NCBI GenBank assembly: GCA_030431385.1
Contig: JAUIJJ010000057.1
Location: 1-13,509, forward strand
Direction: 5' to 3'
Source of the DNA: a bacterium
Lineage (GTDB): Bacteria > Sumerlaeota > Sumerlaeia > SLMS01
DNA: 13,509 nucleotides
Part shown: positions 8,101 to 13,509 of the stretch, in pieces
Position numbering within the stretch: the stretch's first letter is position 1
How the letters are laid out: every line of letters starts with the position of its first letter
Made by a program: the position numbers and the translations under genes
The notes under the pieces: generated by a model
Seen by the model: only the letters and a program-made list of their open reading frames with translations
Database searches by the model: none
What the model was told of the DNA's origin: nothing

Positions 8101-10844
8101 TCAGCGCGATACACGTCCGCATTCTCTGATACGTACTCCTGATTCCAAACGGACTTCGTAGAAAGGAGCTTCTCATCAGTCGCTTTCTCAAAGAAGTTCG
8201 TGCCGGTAATGTGAAATGTGAGCTCACCATTTCGCATGACAGATGTTAAATCCAGCGGCTGTGTGTTTACATTGAAACGATGCTTTCCGAACTTGATAAT
8301 GTTCTCGCCATCGACGAAAAGGTCCTGGCGGTCTCTCAGTTGGCGAACCGCGTCTTCTTTGATAGACTTGAGCTTACTCCCGATCTCGTCGGCCTTAACG
8401 CTATCGCCCATTTCAATGAGCTGTTCAACGATTCCTCGCACCTTTTCAATCATCAGATCAGATGCGAAGTATCCGTTAATGTCCGAGACCGCCTTCAGAT
8501 TCCGCGCACGGTTGTCGATCCCCTTGAGAATTCGATCCGCTGCGCTGTGAAGCGCAACCGCCCGCTTGTTGCGCGCCTCTATGAGTGCGAGCTTTTTGGA
8601 TTCGAACGCGTTCGCTGCCTCTTCACGCTTCTCCGCCAACTGGATGATGAAGGCGTCGAAATCGGTGAACCGCCCCTCAAGTTCTTCAATCTGAACCAGC
8701 AATTTGTTCAGGTACTCATCGCACTTTTCAGGCGTGTCACAAATGTCCAAATAGTTGATGACACCCTGATTAAGGAGCTTCATTTGCGATCCGAACTCGG
8801 CCACAGCTTCGGTCCCCTGAAGGTCCTTCTTCCTCCGCGCCAGTTTAGAACGCACCTGATTCACAACGGTGAAGATCGAGGAGATGTTATCAATGATCTG
8901 GGTTGTCTTGGTCGAGTCATCAATCTTTAGGTTACTGACGATCTCAATTAGAAGTTCCAGCTCTGACGAAACCTTGGCGACGGATTCTTCCAAATCCTTC
9001 GCTTCGGTGACTTTATCCAATTCTGCAATTCTGGAATCCAGCTGATGGACCTTCGATTGGTAAACATCGAGCGCATCGGGCCGCAGGAGAAACTCGACGC
9101 AGCCTTTCGAGAGTTCCGAAGACTGCTCGGAAACTCTCTTTTCGAGCGCGTCGATCTCCTCACCATTCGCATAACGCAAATCGCGAAGTGAGATGATCTC
9201 GCCACGCAGCTTACGCAACTCCGCGAGGGACTCCACGTAGTGATCGACAGACTCGAAAGTGCGCCGCGCGTTCTGCCCGACAAGCGAATCCGTTTGCAGG
9301 GAAACCTCGCGGACGCGTTCTAAAGTTTGCTTCCGAATCCGACTGACCTTCTCGAATTCTTCAATCGCAGCGCCGGCGGTTTCTCTAATCTCACCAAGGG
9401 TTTTCTTGAGGTTCCCCGTCCTCTCCTCCCCTACCCAGAAGTAGGAATCCATGACATCTTGGGTCTGCCGCACGATATCGATGTAAAGCCCCTCGTATGG
9501 GTCAGGTCGGTGGATGAGCCTTAGAACTTCGTGACACTCGGCCATCGCCTTTACGATGTCTTTGTTTCCGATCTTGTATAGATAGGATTCGGTCGAGGCT
9601 GCGGGAACGTGGTTAGGGCCGACGTAGGGTGTTTGCCAAACTTGGACGGTATGATGCTTTTGCGGCTCCGGATCGGCCGTGAAGTAGACCAACTCTCCAT
9701 CATCAAAGAAGGAATAACCACCGCAAATGATAGGTGTCTCAACCCGCTTCTCGATGAGGTTATAGCTCAGAATAATGTATGTACCATTCTCCCGATTGTA
9801 GAAAACATACAAGTAGTCCTCGCCATTCGAGGACTGCATTCGACGTTCGAAGAGCATCTCGCACAGCCCGTGCTCGAACTGTTTGTACTCGCCAGAGACT
9901 AGATAGTACCCGCTGCTGAAGATCAGACCGTGCGAATCGGGAAGCAGCACACACGAGTCCTCGATGTCGTCAATCCGCCTGGCAGTTTTCGTCTTTTCAT
10001 TATATACTATATACCGAAACTCGTCTTCCTGATAGGGTCGTATCTTGAGGAGAATGATCGGGCCGATAATTGCATAGTAGACTTCTGCATCGTCGAGAAT
10101 CTGATCGGGGTTTTCGACCGCTTCCTCGTAAATCCCCGCGCCGGTATCGGTATTGTCCTCAACCTTGATTGTCAAGTCACCGCCCACCGTCTCTACAAAC
10201 AGCCGGTCGTCGATGGAGATATGCGGGTGCGCGCCGGCGCGGTGCATGTCTCGATGCGTGCGCTTCCATCTAAACTCATGCTGCTCGGGATATCGGTATT
10301 CGTGGTCGCTTCGGTTGTCCAAATAGTGCAGCTCGTCGCCTTCGATTGCCCACTTGAAGGTCTTCACATCGCTGACGCGCTTCCCCACTCGAAACACCAT
10401 GTAGAGATGCGGACCAGTAGAAAAGAACTTCGCAAACTGAGTCTCTTTGTAGTACTTGTAGAGGTTCGCAAAGTCCTCCTCGAAGCTACCATTAGAAATC
10501 AGCTTCAACGTATCCGGGTGAAACTTATTGTTCTCATCAAATGTATAGACAGCAAACACGTCTGAGATTTCGACGGTTGACTTGAGGCCAAACCTGACAT
10601 TGTACCCAAACAAGAATCTGCGTCCGACAGGTATCATGTCCCTGGCGACGCAGTTATTCTCCGTAGTGATTCGGTCGCTATCGATGAGCTTGAACTCGAT
10701 AGACCCAAAGACGGACTTCCGCTCCTCATTCAGTTTGTTCACACGCGCCAACAGCTCCTCGCCGTGCGTGTTGAGCCGGCCGCGGATTATCTCATAAGTC
10801 CCGCCCTCAAGAACCTGATCCTGCTTTTGTTGTTCCTCAGCCAT
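5139..10844 (-). CDS. Giant (1901 aa) multidomain protein with one AAA_5 (MoxR/dynein-related) ATPase module, a long coiled-coil region and a C-terminal YbjN/secretion-chaperone-like domain. Family unknown.
   Basis: Uninterrupted 5.7-kb ORF. ATG at 10844 is preceded by GAAGGG; TGA stop at 5139-5141. Walker A is LLLVSPPGYGKTTL (nt about 6999-7019). Walker B is VMIYLDDIQHCNPEFLQKFISLCDAQ (about 6810-6836). Sensor-1 is CVVMAGNPYTE and an Arg finger sits in IPDMLANRADTY; together these are the hallmark AAA_5 pattern (hhhhDE ... atmNP ... R). Residues about 480-860 are heptad-like and E/K/R/L-rich (coiled coil). Residues about 1-470 are rich in Y/F/W beta-strand-like segments. Residues about 1770-1900 resemble the YbjN fold. 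Confidence 0.85.
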   Translation of the reverse strand: MAEEQQKQDQVLEGGTYEIIRGRLNTHGEELLARVNKLNEERKSVFGSIEFKLIDSDRITTENNCVARDMIPVGRRFLFGYNVRFGLKSTVEISDVFAVYTFDENNKFHPDTLKLISNGSFEEDFANLYKYYKETQFAKFFSTGPHLYMVFRVGKRVSDVKTFKWAIEGDELHYLDNRSDHEYRYPEQHEFRWKRTHRDMHRAGAHPHISIDDRLFVETVGGDLTIKVEDNTDTGAGIYEEAVENPDQILDDAEVYYAIIGPIILLKIRPYQEDEFRYIVYNEKTKTARRIDDIEDSCVLLPDSHGLIFSSGYYLVSGEYKQFEHGLCEMLFERRMQSSNGEDYLYVFYNRENGTYIILSYNLIEKRVETPIICGGYSFFDDGELVYFTADPEPQKHHTVQVWQTPYVGPNHVPAASTESYLYKIGNKDIVKAMAECHEVLRLIHRPDPYEGLYIDIVRQTQDVMDSYFWVGEERTGNLKKTLGEIRETAGAAIEEFEKVSRIRKQTLERVREVSLQTDSLVGQNARRTFESVDHYVESLAELRKLRGEIISLRDLRYANGEEIDALEKRVSEQSSELSKGCVEFLLRPDALDVYQSKVHQLDSRIAELDKVTEAKDLEESVAKVSSELELLIEIVSNLKIDDSTKTTQIIDNISSIFTVVNQVRSKLARRKKDLQGTEAVAEFGSQMKLLNQGVINYLDICDTPEKCDEYLNKLLVQIEELEGRFTDFDAFIIQLAEKREEAANAFESKKLALIEARNKRAVALHSAADRILKGIDNRARNLKAVSDINGYFASDLMIEKVRGIVEQLIEMGDSVKADEIGSKLKSIKEDAVRQLRDRQDLFVDGENIIKFGKHRFNVNTQPLDLTSVMRNGELTFHITGTNFFEKATDEKLLSTKSVWNQEYVSENADVYRAEYLAYLFMTEVEAGRIRSISELSTATVEEVSAEVQKFMGPRFSEGYVKGVHDHDAARIVSALIDLNQTVDLLRYRSIARACARCWWETFADSATKKRLSARLRGLGAALRVVPHRTDFADHIEDLGDSLRAFIIETELFDEDLIPEAAEYLFHELTGSVRIVTSPESAQLLQGIRKYLDESKSYLELRGILDEMADDDVGRFDLIRTWVNGYIENSEESELRQYADEVAAMFFADSFDPSHVLNVTVVRDIEAMTGSHDLIVDGVYRLNYPEYMERLYRFTNESVPLFESYVLAKKDAAEEYRDNLRLDEFKPRILTSFVRNKLIDEVYLPMLGDNLAKQMGAAGADKRTDRMGMLLLVSPPGYGKTTLMEYVANRLGIVFMKINGPAIGHRVTSLDPSEAPNATAKEELEKLNLSLEMGDNVMIYLDDIQHCNPEFLQKFISLCDAQRKIEGVWRGRTRTYDLRGKKVCVVMAGNPYTESGEKFQIPDMLANRADTYNLGDIIGDQSEAFEMSYIENSLTSNAVLARVASRASKDIYSILRLANSGDREGIELEGNYSTEELNEIVSVLKKMLVVRDVILRVNAEYIASAAQADDYRTEPPFKLQGSYRNMNKLAEKVLPIMNDEELRSMILAHYEGESQTLTTGAEANMLKFREMFDFATEEELARWKDIKDTFCRNQKFRGMDSSDSMTQAVTMLGDLGDGITRLREDIGSGLRGLVGGSSDDSSRDVKAVFEPETLVHLRESFSELARAITESRQDASTAIRAEFAPETIDQLKIVLAEIRDKLAAPSHAVSEGTMARPVSAHFTLEAIEALKEIFGDLKVAGGEHRVATGPPSQSETQPEVEVDWSPKEGEFHAAGSMRRFLESMGYAVEEVERTLFRINRENKTPTYFRILEDRFYVQARVGNVNHELNGKFYEELLDLNTKILPVSIGIDRSQSGENVLMVIESREGSSLTKNELGTILRSLDHGCAEAKSLLEQYQSGS
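6585..7067 (-). other. AAA_5 ATPase module of the giant protein (residues about 1260-1420).
   Basis: Walker A GYGKTT, Walker B YLDD, AGNP sensor and Arg, read directly from the translation. The reverse complement of 6999-7040 encodes MLLLVSPPGYGKTT. Confidence 0.8.
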
Positions 10845-10895
10845 CGACTACGCGCCCTTCAAGAATTGGGGAGTGTATTGTAACTGGAGTGAACA

Positions 10896-10926
10896 GGAGA
10901 GAGGAGCATCGCGCGCTCCCCTCCCC
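10896..10926 (-). other. Stable hairpin without a U-tract between the flotillin stop and the giant-ATPase start. Candidate partial terminator or RNA processing/stability element.
   Basis: On the minus-strand RNA: 5' GGGAGGGGAGC / GCGCGAU loop / GCUCCUCUCUCC, an 11-bp stem that includes 2 G-U pairs. The same positions give A-C mismatches on the plus-strand RNA, so the fold is strand-specific. It lies 17 nt downstream of the flotillin TAG (10943-10945) and about 50 nt upstream of the ATG at 10844. No U-run follows it. Confidence 0.45.
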
Positions 10927-10942
10927 CATTCGTCAGGAGCTT

Positions 10943-13018
10943 CTATTTGTCTTCGATGAACGATGAAGCCGGTGCGCCGCCGAACCCGGCAGACTTCACG
11001 GCTTCCAGTATCGACTGGAGTTTGCCCTGTTGTTCCGGGCTGCTGCTTTGCGACATCAACTGCATGATCAGCGCGGTGACCGACAAATTCTTGATATCCT
11101 CGCTGCTGACTCCGAATTGATCCACCAGCTTCGCGATCTCTTCTTTGAAGTTTCCAGGCTCACCGTTGAAAAAGGTCTCCTTCACATCGCGCAGCACTGC
11201 CGAGTTATCGACCAATCGGTCTACTGACTTACCGTTTGCAATCGCACCCACGAGGCGGTCGAAGAACTTCTGATCGCCACCGACAATGTCGATCTTCGCA
11301 TTCATCAGGCCCTCGCGAATGACGCTTGCCTGAGCCTCCGCGATGTCACGCTGTACATTGATCTGCGCGAGTTGCACGTCCCGATGGATGTTCATGCGGA
11401 TTTTGTATTCTTCGTGTTCCTTGCCAACGCCATCGAGCTTCTTCATGGCCTCGGCCTTTTCTTCGATGCCCTGTGCTTCGGCGCTCATCTTCTTGTGAAG
11501 TACGTCTGCATCAACCTCGCCCTGCTTCTGCGCGGCGTCCGCGTTCGCGACTTTGCCCTTCGCCTCGGCTGATGCTTTGAGCTCGATGACCTTTGCTTCG
11601 GCGGCACCTTCCTTCTCGACTGCCGACGCGCGCGCCTCGAGTACACGAACTTCCGATAGACCATGAATGGCTTCTTCTTCGGCTCGCGCTTCGGCGATGG
11701 TCTTCATCGCGACGGCGCGTTTCTCGGCAGCCAGCTGCTCGGCCTGGGCTTCGATCTGGACCTGTTCCGCAGTATGTCCGGCTGCAGTCTTCCTGGCTTC
11801 GGCGCCCTTCACTTCCATGACCAACTTTTCTTCAGCTTCCTTTTCCGCGTTAGTGATCGCGACCAACTTCTCACGATCAGCGCCAGCTCTCGCGCGTGTA
11901 TCCTTAATGCGCTCCTCTTCTTCGACCACTTCTCGCTCTACAGCGACACGTTCGCGGATGACGGTCTGAATGTTCTTGCGCTCTTCTTCGACTGCTTTGT
12001 CGCGTTCGATCTGTGCGAGTGAAACGATCTTCTCGCGTTCGGTCACTTCCAACTGACGGTCGCGTTCGATCCGTTCAGTCTCGATGGCGTCGGTACGTTC
12101 TTTAGCTTTAGTTGCGACGATGATCTGGCGATCCTTGTTTTCATTGGCGACGCTGATCTCTTCGTCAGCAATGATCCGAGCCTGTTCCCACTTCTGCCGC
12201 TCTTCGTGCTGAATCTTGGCAGCTTCGGCCTGTTCGCGTGCGGTGACTGATGCGATCTCGCGCTTCTGCTTCTCTTCCTTCTCGGCGAGCTGTCGGTCGA
12301 GTTCAAGAATCGCCTCGCGCGCCTCGACGTCCTGCTGGCGAATCGTCTTCTCTTTATCACGTTCGATCTTGTTAGATAACACTCGCTGCGCGGCAGTCAG
12401 ATCGGTGATCTTTTTGATACCTTCAGCATCGAGGATATTGTTCGGATTCAAGGTCTCGATCGGCGTTTGTTCGAGGTAGTCAATCGCCGCATCGTCGAGC
12501 ACGTAACCATTCAGATCGGTACCGATAATCTGTAGAATCTCGTGCTTGAATTGCTCGCGTTCAGTATATAGTTTTGTAAACTCAAAACCCTTACCGACAG
12601 TCTTCAGCGCCTCGGAGAATTTGGCGTCAAAGAAGTCGACGAGCGCCTGCGGACTCGATGCGCGTTTACAACCAATGCACTGCGCGACTTTGAGCACGTC
12701 TTGCTCAGTCTTGTTTACGCGAACGAAGAAGGCCACCTTGATGTCTCCGCGAATGTTGTCCTCGCAGATCAGGCCATCTTTCCCCGATCGCTCGATCTCG
12801 ACCCTCTTGACGCTGATGTCCATCAGCTCCAGACGGTGGAAGATCGGTATAACAAAGAACGACGTAAAGCTGACGACCGTTCCCCCGCGCCCTGTTCGAA
12901 TGAGCGCCTGGCCTTGCTCTGCCTTGACCAGAAACTTCGTAAAGAGCGCCAACGCGCCCACGACAAAGATCAGGCCAACTACCAAAATTCCGATGATAAT
13001 GATGCCCGTTTGTGGCAT
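10943..13018 (-). CDS. Flotillin-family SPFH/band-7 protein (YqiK/FloT-like), 691 aa.
   Basis: N-terminal TM helix (IIIIGILVVGLIFVVGALALF), then an SPFH domain, then an approximately 290-aa E/A/K/R-rich coiled coil (EERQKWEQARIIADEE..., AEKEAEEKLVMEVKGAEARK...) and a C-terminal flotillin domain. ATG at 13018 is preceded by GAGGAAG 7 nt upstream. It lies 11 nt downstream of the nfeD-like stop, indicating translational coupling. Confidence 0.9.
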   Translation of the reverse strand: MPQTGIIIIGILVVGLIFVVGALALFTKFLVKAEQGQALIRTGRGGTVVSFTSFFVIPIFHRLELMDISVKRVEIERSGKDGLICEDNIRGDIKVAFFVRVNKTEQDVLKVAQCIGCKRASSPQALVDFFDAKFSEALKTVGKGFEFTKLYTEREQFKHEILQIIGTDLNGYVLDDAAIDYLEQTPIETLNPNNILDAEGIKKITDLTAAQRVLSNKIERDKEKTIRQQDVEAREAILELDRQLAEKEEKQKREIASVTAREQAEAAKIQHEERQKWEQARIIADEEISVANENKDRQIIVATKAKERTDAIETERIERDRQLEVTEREKIVSLAQIERDKAVEEERKNIQTVIRERVAVEREVVEEEERIKDTRARAGADREKLVAITNAEKEAEEKLVMEVKGAEARKTAAGHTAEQVQIEAQAEQLAAEKRAVAMKTIAEARAEEEAIHGLSEVRVLEARASAVEKEGAAEAKVIELKASAEAKGKVANADAAQKQGEVDADVLHKKMSAEAQGIEEKAEAMKKLDGVGKEHEEYKIRMNIHRDVQLAQINVQRDIAEAQASVIREGLMNAKIDIVGGDQKFFDRLVGAIANGKSVDRLVDNSAVLRDVKETFFNGEPGNFKEEIAKLVDQFGVSSEDIKNLSVTALIMQLMSQSSSPEQQGKLQSILEAVKSAGFGGAPASSFIEDK

Positions 13019-13029
13019 GGCTCTTCCTC

Positions 13030-13509
13030 TCAGTTTATTGTTTCAACGAGGTAGATTTCTTTCTCCTCGTCGTAGTGGACAATCACAACTTCCTCACCCT
13101 TGGGGAGGGCGATTCCCTCCCGACAGCGTACGGTCAGCAGCAGCGACGCACCCTTTGTCGTCATCTCCGCCTGACCGTGGCGGTCGCTCGATGCCGGTGT
13201 CAGCAATGTACACGTCCTGCCGATGACCTGCATCGCCTCGCGCTCTTCTGCCTGAGCCTTTGCGATGACCTTGGCAAACGGGGCCGTCGCGCCCTTCGTA
13301 ATCAAGATCGAAATGATCCAGTTGATCAGGAACAGAATCGCCGCGCGGATTCCGGAGAACTCAGGATTCAAATGCAGTGTTGTAAGCATCGTGAGTGACC
13401 ACATACTGATCACAAACAAACTAATGATGATGGTGAGCGGAACGTATTGCGCGTTGAGGAAAATCAGCCCCGTGCCCACGATCCCGTAGGGGCTCGCGTG
13501 AACCGCCTG
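13030..13509 (-). CDS. NfeD/YqiJ-like membrane protein with C-terminal OB-fold. Classic partner of SPFH proteins. 5'-truncated by the window edge.
   Basis: TM segments (LTIIISLFVISMWSLTMLTTL, AAILFLINWIISILI) are followed by the soluble beta-rich C-terminal segment GASLLLTVRCREGIALPKGEEVVIVHYDEEKEIYLVE, typical of NfeD OB domains. The ORF-track start at 13479 is a GTG, and the frame stays open to nt 13509 (QAVHASPYGIV...), so the real start is probably upstream of the window. TGA stop at 13030-13032. Confidence 0.8.
   Translation of the reverse strand, partial: QAVHASPYGIVGTGLIFLNAQYVPLTIIISLFVISMWSLTMLTTLHLNPEFSGIRAAILFLINWIISILITKGATAPFAKVIAKAQAEEREAMQVIGRTCTLLTPASSDRHGQAEMTTKGASLLLTVRCREGIALPKGEEVVIVHYDEEKEIYLVETIN

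Noticed and set aside
8280-8930. 216-aa plus-strand ORF, with a similar 211-aa ORF at 9930..10565, inside the giant ATPase gene.
   Set aside because: They are antisense to an uninterrupted 5.7-kb ORF with intact catalytic motifs and have no start context or motifs of their own. A nested antisense gene cannot be formally excluded, but nothing supports one.
5139-10844. Assigning the giant ATPase to a known phage-defence family (BREX BrxC, McrBC, RADAR RdrA, Septu PtuA, AVAST).
   Set aside because: There is no nuclease, helicase, deaminase, PglZ or STAND/NACHT signature. The P-loop is AAA_5-type, not ABC, OLD, STAND or McrB-GTPase type. Its neighbours are flotillin/NfeD and not typical defence-island genes. 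A defence role remains possible but is unsupported.
11663-13398. Plus-strand ORFs overlapping the flotillin and nfeD-like genes (11663..12022, 11667..11969, 12546..13226, 12701..13054, 13012..13398).
   Set aside because: They are antisense shadows of the repetitive GAA/GCC-rich coiled-coil coding sequence, with S/A/R-rich low-complexity translations.
1-13509. CRISPR arrays, IS elements or transposase genes, integrases, tandem repeats.
   Set aside because: There are no direct-repeat/spacer periodicity, no terminal inverted repeats flanking an ORF, and no DDE or tyrosine-recombinase motifs in any frame.

Overview
High-GC bacterial chromosomal segment with dense coding and no sign of CRISPR arrays, IS elements, tRNA or rRNA genes. 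From left to right it contains: the 3' end of a plus-strand hypothetical CDS; back-to-back intrinsic terminators with an unusually long non-coding stretch; a minus-strand CobA-HemD fusion (uroporphyrinogen-III C-methyltransferase/synthase, siroheme branch), divergent from a plus-strand TauE/SafE sulfite-exporter-family permease; and a long minus-strand co-oriented cluster running from the right edge of the window. That cluster is NfeD/YqiJ-like membrane protein (5'-truncated at the window end), then flotillin/YqiK-like SPFH protein (691 aa), then a giant 1901-aa protein with a single intact AAA_5 (MoxR/dynein-type) ATPase module, then a DinB_2/YfiT-like metalloenzyme, then a lipoprotein. The most interesting element is the giant ATPase: an N-terminal beta-rich aromatic region, a roughly 400-aa coiled-coil/helical stalk, the AAA_5 module, and a C-terminal YbjN/secretion-chaperone-like domain. 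It is encoded directly downstream of a translationally coupled nfeD-flotillin pair, separated from it only by a hairpin that lacks a U-tract. I could not place this protein in any family I recognise. I interpret it as a candidate undescribed flotillin/SPFH-associated AAA+ machine, by analogy with the established HflK/C-FtsH partnership. The remaining genes are ordinary housekeeping or accessory functions. Product calls rest on motifs read directly from the translations; no database search was run.
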